From contig DIZZ01000207.1 of the NCBI GenBank assembly GCA_002428045.1, forward strand, positions 1-56,566: a stretch of 56,566 nucleotides of DNA, written 5' to 3'. This stretch comes from Verrucomicrobia bacterium UBA6015. Lineage in GTDB: Bacteria; Verrucomicrobiota; Kiritimatiellia; UBA8416. Below the pieces are notes generated by a model. That model searched no databases and was not told the origin of the DNA. It saw only the letters and a list, made by a program, of their open reading frames with translations. The position numbers and the translations under genes were made by a program. Below, piece by piece: positions 1-9,432 of the stretch (the first letter of the stretch is position 1; each line of letters starts with the position of its first letter).

Positions 1-5
1 GGTTT

Positions 6-800
6 TCATGCCGCCGCCAACAAAAACTTGCGAATCAACGTCGCATCGTTGATTCGATACTCCCTGAATGATCCTGGTGTTAATGGATACGCCGTGTTTG
101 CGTAATGATGATAAAGCAAACCCGTTTCAAAGATCGTTTGTGGCTTAATGTGCTGAAAATGACCGTTACCCGCCATGTGAGATTTCTTTAGTTCGCCTGC
201 TTTTGCAACCACAACACCTGCATCCCTCATGTCTGCAATCGCCTTTTCAATGTCACCCGGTTGGAGATTTACCCCACGTACTCCATCACTCACAAGCGTT
301 ACGCCGAACCCAAGCTGCCTTGCATCCAGAGCCGTGAACTTCACACAGTAGTCTGTCGCGAGTCCAACAAGCACCACGTCCTTTACGCCATGCTGTTTCA
401 GATACACCTGAAGTCCCGTTTCTTTCTTATGGCCGTTGTCAAAAAAGCCGCTGTAGCTGTCGATGGCCGGATCGGTTCCTTTTGTGATCACGTGCCCAAT
501 CCGATGCACATCAAGTTCATCAACAAACGCAGCACCCGTTGAGCCAGCCACACAGTGATCGGGCCACACGACCTGATCCACTCCATTCAAGTCGACCACA
601 TCACCAACGACCTTCTCTGGATGCATGCTCACAAATGAACCATGGTTTGCCGGGTGCCAATCCTGCGTGGCCACCACCAAATCAACATGATCCATAAGTT
701 CATTTGCAACAGCAACCACCGCATTACCATCCGGTACGGCCAACGCACCTCCCGGCACAAAATCGTTCTGAATATCTATGAGAATCAATGCTGTTTTCAT
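6..800 (-). CDS. pncA: Nicotinamidase/pyrazinamidase (isochorismatase fold), 264 aa
   Basis: ORF 6..926(-) trimmed to the ATG at 798-800 (MKTALILIDIQNDF...). It has the PncA-type conserved Asp (IDIQNDF) and Cys (GLATDYCV). It starts 10 nt downstream of nrtR in a pncB-nrtR-pncA string. It carries a C-terminal tail of about 50-60 aa beyond the usual fold. Confidence 0.85.
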   Translation of the reverse strand: MKTALILIDIQNDFVPGGALAVPDGNAVVAVANELMDHVDLVVATQDWHPANHGSFVSMHPEKVVGDVVDLNGVDQVVWPDHCVAGSTGAAFVDELDVHRIGHVITKGTDPAIDSYSGFFDNGHKKETGLQVYLKQHGVKDVVLVGLATDYCVKFTALDARQLGFGVTLVSDGVRGVNLQPGDIEKAIADMRDAGVVVAKAGELKKSHMAGNGHFQHIKPQTIFETGLLYHHYANTAYPLTPGSFREYRINDATLIRKFLLAAA

Positions 801-810
801 CGGTCTCCCT

Positions 811-1500
811 CTATATTTCGAAGTTAAAGCCTTGCTTGACTTTCTGGTCGTATTTCTTCTTGTTGAATCGATAGAGCCGCGCTGCTCGATGCGACACGTC
901 GGTCTCGATCTCGTCACGCTCCTCAAGAATGCCCATGCCTAAAATCTTCTTCCGAAAGTTTCGCTTATCAACGGGCCTATCCAGAATCTTCTCATATACC
1001 CCTTGCAACATTCTTAGCGGAAACGTTGAGGGAAGAAGCTCAAAACCGATGGGCTGATATCTGATCTTTCCTCTCAGACGGGCATGTGCCGTTTTAAGGA
1101 TCTCTGCATGGTCGAACGCCAATGGCGGAACATCGTCAATGCAAAACCAAGCCGCGTTGCTCGCATCGGTTGCGGCCTGGACCTTATGCTCGGAGAGATT
1201 CACTAAAGCATAATAAGCCACCGTGACTACATGCTCACGGGGATCACGCTCGGGATTACTGAACGTGTAAAGTTGCTCTAGGAAGACATTTGTTAATCCG
1301 GTTTCTTCGCTTAGCTCTCGACGTGCCGTATCCTCCAGTGCCTCTCCCACCGTTGCAAAACCTCCCGGCAATGCCCATTGCTCCTTGAACGGCTCCTGAC
1401 CTCTCTGTATGAGAAGGATCTTGAGATCCTCATCATCAAGACCAAACACGACACAATCTGCCGTGAGTGCGGGTCGTGCATATATGTATGTATATGGCAT
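811..1500 (-). CDS. nrtR: NrtR-family Nudix-related transcriptional regulator of NAD metabolism (Nudix domain plus C-terminal winged helix)
   Basis: The Nudix box is intact ([23 protein letters not shown]). The C-terminal part ([35 protein letters not shown]) matches the NrtR wHTH signature. The gene lies between pncB and pncA. The ATG at 1500 (MPYTYIY...) is preferred over the TTG at 1530. Confidence 0.85.
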   Translation of the reverse strand: MPYTYIYARPALTADCVVFGLDDEDLKILLIQRGQEPFKEQWALPGGFATVGEALEDTARRELSEETGLTNVFLEQLYTFSNPERDPREHVVTVAYYALVNLSEHKVQAATDASNAAWFCIDDVPPLAFDHAEILKTAHARLRGKIRYQPIGFELLPSTFPLRMLQGVYEKILDRPVDKRNFRKKILGMGILEERDEIETDVSHRAARLYRFNKKKYDQKVKQGFNFEI

Positions 1501-1529
1501 AACTAAGTCCCTCGTGTTATTCCGAGACA

Positions 1530-1558
1530 ACCTTAGTGTAATTATAACACTATGTCAA
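1530..1558 (-). promoter_or_regulatory. Sigma70-like promoter for nrtR-pncA, overlapping the operator
   Basis: On the minus strand, TTGACA (1558-1553) is followed by a 17-nt spacer and then TAAGGT (1535-1530). The palindrome fills the spacer. Confidence 0.35.
1534..1552. promoter_or_regulatory. Candidate NrtR operator, the palindrome TAGTGT-N7-ACACTA
   Basis: Perfect 6-bp arms with a 7-bp AT spacer (TAGTGTAATTATAACACTA) lie 34 nt upstream of the nrtR ATG. The site contains the GT-N7-AC core reported for NrtR sites. Confidence 0.5.
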
Positions 1559-1610
1559 GACATTAAGTGATAAATTTCAATTTTTGACATTGCGCCAAAA
1601 AGGCTTTACA

Positions 1611-3080
1611 TCAGGCATTTTCGCGAAGGGAAGAAATCATCGAGGACTTGAGGTGATGGAGATCCGCATCCAACCCGCATGGATACGTATGCGGGTTTGT
1701 GAACCTTCGAATGCTCCCGTGAAGACGGTTGCATTGCTCTGCAGCTCGATCTCGGATAGCAGGCAGCCCTTCTGCTTCGCAGGCACGATGCCCTGCACGG
1801 AGGACCGGGAGCAAGAGATCGGTGTGGTCCATATCGGCATTAATCGTTCGGTGATGTTCTGCGTTCAGTGGATCGACAATCGTCATGCTCCGGGGTTCGC
1901 CAGCGTCCTCGTTATAGATCATATCCGCAACAAACCCGTTGCCATCACTGAAACGCCGGACCTGCAGAATGCCTGGGGTTGAGGTCTTGATGCTTTGCTC
2001 GGAAAGCTTCACCCGGTATTGCCAGCCCTCCCCTGCGCGGCGAATTGCCGACAGCTTGTAGACCCCACCGAGCGAGGGCTGATCATAGGCAGTGACCAGC
2101 TTTGTGCCGACACCCCATACGGCAATCTTTGCGTCCTGCTGCTTGAGACTCTCAATGATGTGCTCATCAAGATCGTTGCTGGCGATAATCACAGCGTTTT
2201 CAAAACCTGCGGCGTCGAGCAGTTTTCTGGCTTCGATGCTCAGATATGCAAGATCGCCGGAATCCAAACGGACACCAACCATCTCATACCCTTTGCTACG
2301 GAGTGTCGTTCCCGCCGCGATAGCGTTCCTGACGCCTTCCAGCGTGTCGTATGTATCGATGAGAAAGACACAATTATTCGGCATGGCGTCTGCATATCGT
2401 TCAAACGCCTCCGCTTCTGAATCAAACGTCATGACCCAACTGTGAGCGTGCGTTCCCTTGACCGGAATACCCAGCAACTGGCCTGCCAGGACATTGGACG
2501 TCGCCGCACAACCACCGATGTAGGCAGCACGCGAAGCCGATATAGAGCCATCAACGCCCTGTGCCCTCCGCAATCCGAACTCCAGAACAGGTTCGCCTCT
2601 TGCCGCCTGGCACACGCGTGCGGCTTTCGTGGCAATCAACGTCTGGAAATTGATCATATTAAGCAACGCGGTTTCCAGCAGTTGACACTGAATCAGCGGG
2701 CCTTTGACACGAAGCAACGGTTCCTGCGGAAAGACAACCGTTCCTTCTGGCATAGCATCCACATCCACGGACAACGTCATATCCCCCAAAAACGACAGGA
2801 ATGCCTTTTCAAACAGCGGCTTGTCATCATTACCGGTCAGGGTGCCGAGGTATTCCTGATCCTCCCGGGTGAACGAGAAACGCTGTAGGTAATCGACGGC
2901 AAAACCGAGGCCAGCAGCCAACGTATAACCACTGCCAAAGGGAGGCTTCCGGAAGAACAGATGAAACACCGCTTCATCATTACCTCGCCCCTCCTTCCAG
3001 TATCCATACGCCATCGTCAGTTGATATAGATCGGTAAGCATGGCCAGCGATGGCTTGTATATATCGGTCAAACCATTCAT
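1611..3080 (-). CDS. pncB: Nicotinate phosphoribosyltransferase, 489 aa
   Basis: The full-length ORF has the typical PncB N-terminus ([14 protein letters not shown]) and conserved core (GTHAHSW...DTYDT). Confidence 0.9.
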   Translation of the reverse strand: MNGLTDIYKPSLAMLTDLYQLTMAYGYWKEGRGNDEAVFHLFFRKPPFGSGYTLAAGLGFAVDYLQRFSFTREDQEYLGTLTGNDDKPLFEKAFLSFLGDMTLSVDVDAMPEGTVVFPQEPLLRVKGPLIQCQLLETALLNMINFQTLIATKAARVCQAARGEPVLEFGLRRAQGVDGSISASRAAYIGGCAATSNVLAGQLLGIPVKGTHAHSWVMTFDSEAEAFERYADAMPNNCVFLIDTYDTLEGVRNAIAAGTTLRSKGYEMVGVRLDSGDLAYLSIEARKLLDAAGFENAVIIASNDLDEHIIESLKQQDAKIAVWGVGTKLVTAYDQPSLGGVYKLSAIRRAGEGWQYRVKLSEQSIKTSTPGILQVRRFSDGNGFVADMIYNEDAGEPRSMTIVDPLNAEHHRTINADMDHTDLLLPVLRAGHRACEAEGLPAIRDRAAEQCNRLHGSIRRFTNPHTYPCGLDADLHHLKSSMISSLRENA

Positions 3081-3099
3081 GAGATCAATAATGTAGATA

Positions 3100-5280
3100 T
3101 CATACCAACATGGATGTCACACGGGGTACAATTCTGGGAGAATGATAATCGCATCTACGCTCCGTCCGATCGGTTGCCGCTGTGCCGAGCCACGGGGATC
3201 CTGCCCTTAAGCCGGGTAGCAGTTTCATCTGGCGCAGCAGGGCGTCAGGGTCGGGGCCGCGTCCGCGAAACGCCGTGAAGACGTCCATGGGGTGCAGGCT
3301 GCCGCCCGCCGCCAGGAGGGTGTCGCGGAAGCGCTGGCCGACCTTCCGCATGGCCTCCCGGTTATCCAGCCCAGCCTCGATAAACGCGCCAAAGGCATCG
3401 GCGGAAAGGACTTCCGCCCATTTGTAGCTATAGTATCCGGCAGCATAGCCGCCGGCAAAGATATGCGAGAAGCCGCACAACAGGCGATCCTCCGGCAACG
3501 GGGGCAGGATGGCAAAGTCGGCGGCGAGGGCTTCCTTGACCGCGTTGGGGCTGCGCGCGTCGCCAGGGGCGTAACGAGCATGCAGTTCCATGTCCACGGC
3601 ACCGAACAGGAGCTGCCGCAGGGACGCCGAGCCCGCCCGGAAATAGCGGGATTCGGTGATCCTGGCAATCATGTCGTCCGGCAGGCAGGCGCCGGTGGCG
3701 ATGTGGCGGGACATGCCGCTGAGGACAGGGGCGTGGAAGCACCAGTTTTCCATGAACTGGCTGGGCAGTTCGACGGCATCCCATTCGACATTGTGGATGC
3801 CCGAGGCTTCCGGGATGTCGACCGTGGTCAGCAGATGTTGCAGCGCATGACCGAATTCGTGGAAAAGGGTGGTTATTTCGTTCAGGGTCAACAGGGACGG
3901 CGTGTCGCCGACCGGTAGGGTCTGGTTGCAGACGAGATAGGCGACCGGATAGCTCAGGGTGTTGTCCGGCAATCGCTTGCGTGGTCTGACGCTATCCATC
4001 CAGGCCCCGCCGCGCTTGGTTTCCGGGCGGCTGTAAGGATCGAGGTAAAAGGCGGCGATCAGGGTGTTATCCGCGTTAAATACCTCGAAAAAACGGACAT
4101 CCGGATGCCAGGCCGGGGTTTTGCCATCGGCAGGGCGGATAGAAATAGAGAAGAGTTCCTGCGCGAGGGCGAACATGCCCGTAAGAACGTCGGGGAACTG
4201 GAAGTAGGGGCGCAGGTCTTCATCGTCGAAGCCGAAGCGCTGCTTGCGCATCTGTTCGCTCCAGAAGGCGATGTCCCAGTGTCGTAACGGCTCGGTCTGT
4301 CCCTGCTGCCGCGCAAAGGCGGAAAGGTCGGCATGTTCCTGCTCGGCGACCGGACGGGCGGCGTCGCGCACCCGGGCGGTCAGGCGATCGACGGCCTCGA
4401 CGGTGCCAGCCATGCGCTGTTGCAGGATCAGGTCGGCATAGGATGCACGATCGAGCAGCCAGGCCATTTCGCGGCGACCGGCGAGAATACGGTCGATCAG
4501 TGCCGTGTTGTCGAATTCGCCAGCGGCGGCACGGGTGACAAAAGCGCGATAGAGCGCTTCGCGATGATCGCGGCGTTCGCTGTACTGCATGAACGGCAGG
4601 AATAGCGGGGCTTCCAGTGTGATGTGCCAAGGGCCTTTCTCCGGCGAGCTTGCCTCCTTGCCCGCCCGGCGGGCGGCACCCGACGCCGCCGCCCGCAGCG
4701 AGGGCGGCAGGCCAACGATATCATTGGCGGCGGTAAGCTCCAGTGCAAAGGCCTTGGTGGCGTCCAGCAGGTGATTGGAGAACGCCGTCGAGGCGGCAGC
4801 CAGCTCATCACGCAGGGTGCCCATGCGTTCGCGCTTGGCGGTGGGGAGTCCGACACCGGCGGTACGCGCGGAACACATCGCGCTGGTGATTAGGCGGCGG
4901 TGCGCCTCGTCGAGCGGGGTCCAGGCCTCGCCATCGCGGAGGGTGCGCATGGCGCGGTAAATCGGTTCGCTCTGGCCTGTGCGGGTGGAGAATGCGACCA
5001 CCTGGGGCTGGAGTTTATCATGCACGCGGCGCCAGTCGGGCGTGTTCATGACGCTGTGCAGGTGCGAGACGATGCCCCAGGCGTAGTCCAGTGGTTCCAT
5101 CAGGGTGAATAGCGGCTCCATGCAGCCTTCCCAGGAGGGGGTGGCCTCGGCCTCCAGCCGGGCGAGTTGTGCCTCCGCTGTGGCAAGGATGCGGGGAATG
5201 GTCTCCTCGGCCAGTTCAGGCGTGATCCGATCAAAAGGCGGCAGGTCATGCTGGCACAGCAAAGGATTCAGGTCAGACAT
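3100..5280 (-). CDS. prlC: M3-family oligopeptidase A-like zinc metallopeptidase, 726 aa
   Basis: It has the HEFGHALQH zinc motif and M3 family-wide similarity (FHEFGH...EVLSADAF). A non-conserved C-terminal tail of about 45 aa is encoded by lower-GC DNA at 3100-3235. Confidence 0.9.
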   Translation of the reverse strand: MSDLNPLLCQHDLPPFDRITPELAEETIPRILATAEAQLARLEAEATPSWEGCMEPLFTLMEPLDYAWGIVSHLHSVMNTPDWRRVHDKLQPQVVAFSTRTGQSEPIYRAMRTLRDGEAWTPLDEAHRRLITSAMCSARTAGVGLPTAKRERMGTLRDELAAASTAFSNHLLDATKAFALELTAANDIVGLPPSLRAAASGAARRAGKEASSPEKGPWHITLEAPLFLPFMQYSERRDHREALYRAFVTRAAAGEFDNTALIDRILAGRREMAWLLDRASYADLILQQRMAGTVEAVDRLTARVRDAARPVAEQEHADLSAFARQQGQTEPLRHWDIAFWSEQMRKQRFGFDDEDLRPYFQFPDVLTGMFALAQELFSISIRPADGKTPAWHPDVRFFEVFNADNTLIAAFYLDPYSRPETKRGGAWMDSVRPRKRLPDNTLSYPVAYLVCNQTLPVGDTPSLLTLNEITTLFHEFGHALQHLLTTVDIPEASGIHNVEWDAVELPSQFMENWCFHAPVLSGMSRHIATGACLPDDMIARITESRYFRAGSASLRQLLFGAVDMELHARYAPGDARSPNAVKEALAADFAILPPLPEDRLLCGFSHIFAGGYAAGYYSYKWAEVLSADAFGAFIEAGLDNREAMRKVGQRFRDTLLAAGGSLHPMDVFTAFRGRGPDPDALLRQMKLLPGLRAGSPWLGTAATDRTERRCDYHSPRIVPRVTSMLV

Positions 5281-5597
5281 CGAAGCTCCATCGTGACAGG
5301 GTTCGGGCGGTTATCGCATAGCGCCAAGAGACGAGTGATTAGCACGCACCGTCTATACCTGCTTTTGAGATCCCCTTGCAAGCGTTTTGTACATCGAGAT
5401 GGATGAAAAAGCAGGGGGGTTCGTTTTTCGTCACCTGCGATTGGGGCTTGATTGGTATCTTGATCCTGATAGTATATCTACACACATCTGCGGGGCGTTG
5501 CCCCGTTCAAGAGCAACTTGATGATCTACCGGACTAGTCCGTCCAGAAGAAGTTCAATAAAACACCTTGGAAATGGTCACTCGAGCGTTGGTGCGCC

Positions 5598-6701
5598 ATG
5601 GAAAGGAACAGAAACATGAAAAGCGATGCGAAGTCAAAGGGAACCTGGATTCACCGTTTTGCCATACGGCTGTTTACCCTCGTTCTTGCGATGCTGATAT
5701 TCTGGGTGCTTGGATTCTTTGTGGACGATATCCGGTCCATCTGCGGACCCGACTACGCCACCATCGAGCAGAAGCACTTGGACAAGGATCTTGTGGCAAA
5801 ACGGCTTGCTCTTGAGAAGCAGGTCGCGGATCTCACCCGGCAGATTGAGAACCAGACCGAGATACAGCGTGTCGTTGGGGACAGTTCCCGAAATCTGCAG
5901 CAGACCATCAACCAGCTTATTGAACTCCAGACACTTGGCATGCAGAAGAGTATCGCCTTTTCGGAAACCGAACAGGCGAACTTCACGAGCAGCCTGAGAC
6001 TTTTTCTGGACAACCAGAAGAAATATCAGGAACTGAGCCAGACTGTATCGGATATGCTTGAACGCAAGCAGGGGCTTGTTCGGGAGAAGGAACAAGCGGA
6101 GCAAGAGATTGAGGGGCAGCGTGGGCCAGCCAGGGATGAGTTCAACAACCTCAGCGAGAAACACCGTCTTAAACTCGCCTTTCTACAACTGGCGATCCTA
6201 TTGCCCGTTCTTATTGTCGCGGCTGCCGTCATCATCAAGAAACGTTCCAGCATCTACTTCCCGTTGTTCCTCGCCTTCGCCGCCGCAACACTGATTAAAG
6301 TCGCTCTTGTGATTCATGAGTATTTCCCCAGCAAATACTTCAAGTACATCCTCATTGGCGGTCTGTTGATCGTCGTGGCCCGGCTGTTGATCTATTTCAT
6401 CCGTACCATCGCGTTTCCAAAAACGCAATGGTTGGTCAAGCAATACCGGGAGGCATACGAGCGGTTTCTGTGCCCGGTGTGCGAGTATCCCATCAGAATT
6501 GGGCCGCGTCGCTTTCTGTTTTGGACCCGTCGGACGGTCAACAAGATCGTGGTGCCCGGCGATCACGGCGTTCTGGAAGAAAAGTATACTTGTCCATCGT
6601 GCGGCTGCAATCTTTTTGAGGAGTGCCCGTCTTGTCACAAGGTTAGACACGCGATGCTTCCAAACTGTTCGCACTGCGGAATCGAGAAGGAAATCAAATA
6701 G
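5598..6701 (+). CDS. Membrane protein with an N-terminal TM helix, a long coiled coil, three TM helices and a C-terminal double zinc ribbon (four CxxC); function unknown
   Basis: This is the only long ORF here with coherent composition. The CxxC motifs are CPVC, CPSC, CPSC and CSHC. Hydrophobic helices lie at about aa 20-45 and 195-275. Confidence 0.6.
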   Translation: MERNRNMKSDAKSKGTWIHRFAIRLFTLVLAMLIFWVLGFFVDDIRSICGPDYATIEQKHLDKDLVAKRLALEKQVADLTRQIENQTEIQRVVGDSSRNLQQTINQLIELQTLGMQKSIAFSETEQANFTSSLRLFLDNQKKYQELSQTVSDMLERKQGLVREKEQAEQEIEGQRGPARDEFNNLSEKHRLKLAFLQLAILLPVLIVAAAVIIKKRSSIYFPLFLAFAAATLIKVALVIHEYFPSKYFKYILIGGLLIVVARLLIYFIRTIAFPKTQWLVKQYREAYERFLCPVCEYPIRIGPRRFLFWTRRTVNKIVVPGDHGVLEEKYTCPSCGCNLFEECPSCHKVRHAMLPNCSHCGIEKEIK

Positions 6702-6814
6702 AGTTTCAACAGTGAACTGCGAGGTGAGGGGATGATGAAACTTGAGCGCGTTACCGAAGAGCGGAAACCGGGATATCCTTCGTTCAAAGACCATACCACA
6801 AAACGGGGGGCCTG

Positions 6815-6937
6815 ATGAAGACCGCCCTCGGTGGAATGCTGGCCATTCTGGCCGCCGGGTGCAATAAAGCCACCCGCTCCGCCGCCGCGATTGGGTGGCG
6901 TGCCCATGCCGCCCAAGGAGCCGGAGCGTCCGGATGA
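6815..6937 (+). CDS. Possible 40-aa lipoprotein micro-ORF (MKTALGGMLAILAAGC...)
   Basis: It has a signal-peptide-like N-terminus with the lipobox LAAGC. Its ATG overlaps the stop of a preceding 27-aa ORF (6732-6815, TGATG), which has a GAGGTGAGG SD. It is not in the ORF track because it is under 60 aa. Confidence 0.3.
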   Translation: MKTALGGMLAILAAGCNKATRSAAAIGWRAHAAQGAGASG

Positions 6938-7156
6938 GACAATGGGGAGAATGATGGTCCCCCGTGCCGTCCGCTGCCGCAGAAGAGAAGTAGACTGGGA
7001 GATTCTGCCATGAACGGATAAAGCGTAGCACCTTGTCGGGGGCTACCAAGGGGCAGGGTTTATGATCGTCAGGATGAAATGCGCCGAATCAGCAGCGTCT
7101 TTATCTTGTAAATCCTGCTATGGGTACATGTTGAGGGTACGTTGAAGGGTGGGGGC

Positions 7157-7232
7157 AGACCTCCGGGCACGCCGGGCGGGGCAAAGGGTGGTGGTTTGAC
7201 GGGCGCGGCTTGGCGAGGACGCCTGCGCCCTA
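7157..7232. repeat. GC-rich dispersed repeat, copy A (76 bp)
   Basis: A hand alignment to 56364-56439 is ungapped with 61/76 identities, and 33/35 in the 3' part. The 3' part folds as GGGCGCGG...C(T/C)GCGCCC. Confidence 0.7.
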
Positions 7233-7328
7233 CCCAATGGGGAAGCAAGTGCTCAAGGACGAGCCAAAATGTGTACAGGCTCTACTTAGGGATTGCCGAA
7301 ACGCCCAGGATTTGTATAGGCTTAAGAA

Positions 7329-8564
7329 ATGAAACAAACAACAGTGCTTGGAATATGGTGGTCAACGGCAGGGGCATTTCTGCTCCTGCTGCTTGGTGGT
7401 GTTGGTGTGCATGCCCAGGATATCACGATTGTCGGTGCAGGGACCGGAGACAAAATCTCGATTGCCACCGCTGGGGTGAATGTGGGTGCCAGCACGGCGG
7501 AGCGTCAGTTCCTGCAGATCCTGCAGACCGATCTGAAACGTTCCGGCTGGTTTACCCTTGGGGCGGCGGGGGCTTCGGTGATCGAACTTCAGGGCAATAC
7601 GCAGGTCAATGGAAGTACCCTTGAAGTCAAGTGCGAGGTGCTGAACCGGGCAACCCGTAAGTCCTATTTTGCGCGGGTTTTCCGGGAGGCGGCAGCGCAG
7701 CCGCAGCTTGTCGCGCATAAGCTGGCCGATGCCATTGTGGAGGCCGTCAAGGGCGTTCCCGGTATCGCTTCTACGCGCATCGCCCTGGTCGGTTCTCGCG
7801 AAGGAAAAAAAGATCTCTACCTGATCGGCAGTGATGGGGGCGGGTTGGTGCAGGCTACCCGTGATGGCGTGCCCTGCCTGTCGCCAGCTTGGTCTCCCGA
7901 CGCCCGCAATATATTCTACACGAGCTTTTTACGGAAATTTCCAGACGTGTACCGGATTGATCTTGGCAGCGGCAACCGCACGCGCGTGTCGGGGTATCCC
8001 GGCATCAATTCCGGGGCACAGGTGTCGCCTGACGGACGGCATCTAGCGCTGATCTTGTCAAAGGATGGCAATCCCGAAGTGTACACGCAGGATCTGGGGA
8101 GTGGCCGGGTGACGCGGATCACCCAGACGAAGCATGCCGCCGAGGCCAGCCCGGTTTGGTCCCCGGACGGACAGCAACTGGCGTATGTTTCGGATGTCAC
8201 CGGTGCCCCGCATATCTACATCATCAACCGGGCGGGGGGATCGCCGACCCGGATCACCCTTCAGGGCAGTGAGAACGTCTCGCCATCCTGGGCTCGCGAT
8301 GGCCGCCTGGCCTACAGCAGTCGGCGCGGTGGCCGCTACCAGATCTGCATCTACGATCCGAAGACACGGGCCGATCGGCAGGTTACCAAGGTATCGTCCG
8401 ATCACCAGACGCCATCCTGGGCACCGAATTCGCGTCATTTGGTTTATGCACGTACGGATAGTTACATTTCCTGCTTGTACATTCTTGACACGGAGGATGA
8501 TTCTCAGGTAAAGTTGACGACTTCTAAGGGTGATTGGTATTTTCCTGCCTGGTCTCCACGCTGA
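7329..8564 (+). CDS. tolB: Tol-Pal system beta-propeller protein TolB, 411 aa
   Basis: It has a signal peptide and repeated WSPDG/SPDG propeller motifs. It is followed by pal. Confidence 0.9.
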   Translation: MKQTTVLGIWWSTAGAFLLLLLGGVGVHAQDITIVGAGTGDKISIATAGVNVGASTAERQFLQILQTDLKRSGWFTLGAAGASVIELQGNTQVNGSTLEVKCEVLNRATRKSYFARVFREAAAQPQLVAHKLADAIVEAVKGVPGIASTRIALVGSREGKKDLYLIGSDGGGLVQATRDGVPCLSPAWSPDARNIFYTSFLRKFPDVYRIDLGSGNRTRVSGYPGINSGAQVSPDGRHLALILSKDGNPEVYTQDLGSGRVTRITQTKHAAEASPVWSPDGQQLAYVSDVTGAPHIYIINRAGGSPTRITLQGSENVSPSWARDGRLAYSSRRGGRYQICIYDPKTRADRQVTKVSSDHQTPSWAPNSRHLVYARTDSYISCLYILDTEDDSQVKLTTSKGDWYFPAWSPR

Positions 8565-8613
8565 TGCGTGAATCAACGGGCGGGCGGTTTAATAGGCATA
8601 GGAGAAAAAGGGT

Positions 8614-9147
8614 ATGAAAAGCGGCGTGATGCGGATCGTGATGAGTGCAGTGGTGGTGATGTTGGTGGTCGGAGCATCGGGGTGTAAAAAGAAGCCAAAA
8701 GCGGGTGTTACCGGGGGCGTTGGTTCAGATACGATTCCGCTTACCCCCTTGGGAGAGATAGGCTATGGTGAGGTGGCCGAGCGGGGAGAGTTCGGCGAGC
8801 CGATCACAGATGTATCATTTGAGAATGTGGCTTTTGCTTACGACAGCTTTACCCTCGCCAGCTCAGAGCACCCGAAAATCGAGGCCGTCGCGGATTACCT
8901 GCTGGCCAACGAAGGCACCACGGTGGTGGTTGACGGGCACTGCGATGAGCGAGGCAGCCGTGATTACAACCTTTCGCTTGGCGAACATCGGGCCATGGCG
9001 GTGCGGGCTTACATGATCTCGCTTGGCGTGGCCGAGGATCGCATCAATACGCGCAGTTTCGGGGCGGAACAGCCGTTGGATGCGGAACATAACGAAGCGG
9101 CGTGGGTAAAGAACCGCCGTGCCGAATTCTCGCTCTTCCGCAAGTAA
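8614..9147 (+). CDS. pal: Peptidoglycan-associated lipoprotein (OmpA-like domain)
   Basis: It has the lipobox GASGC and the OmpA-C motif (GHCDERGSRDYNLSLGEHRA...NRRAEF). Confidence 0.9.
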   Translation: MKSGVMRIVMSAVVVMLVVGASGCKKKPKAGVTGGVGSDTIPLTPLGEIGYGEVAERGEFGEPITDVSFENVAFAYDSFTLASSEHPKIEAVADYLLANEGTTVVVDGHCDERGSRDYNLSLGEHRAMAVRAYMISLGVAEDRINTRSFGAEQPLDAEHNEAAWVKNRRAEFSLFRK

Positions 9148-9174
9148 AGTTATCGTTCCCACAGGAAGATCACC

Positions 9175-9432
9175 ATGCTGCCCCTATCGTTTCTAGCCGG
9201 ATCGGCGGGACCGTTAGAGCTGCTGGTGATCTTTATTTTTGTATTGATCCTCTTCGGACCACGCCGCCTTCCAGAAATCGCACGCTCCCTCGGCCGTGCC
9301 CTGCATGCCTTGCGCAAGGCATCGGATGACTTCAAGTCGCAGGTCATGGCGATCGAAGGTTCCGTTACGAAGCCCGTTGATAATGCGGACGGACGGCAGG
9401 AAGGTAACCGGGATGACGGCGCGTTCGGATGA
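9175..9432 (+). CDS. tatA: Twin-arginine translocase subunit TatA/E
   Basis: It has a short TM helix plus the LFGPRRLPEIARSLG amphipathic motif. Confidence 0.85.
   Translation: MLPLSFLAGSAGPLELLVIFIFVLILFGPRRLPEIARSLGRALHALRKASDDFKSQVMAIEGSVTKPVDNADGRQEGNRDDGAFG

Noticed and set aside
6198-7049. A 283-aa minus-strand ORF spanning the end of the zinc-ribbon gene and the following spacer. A related case is the 160-aa plus-strand ORF 7142..7624, which runs into tolB.
   Set aside because: Their composition is biased (Arg/Gly/Pro) and they overlap better-supported genes. ORF 7142..7624 is largely a read-through of the 76-bp GC-rich repeat.
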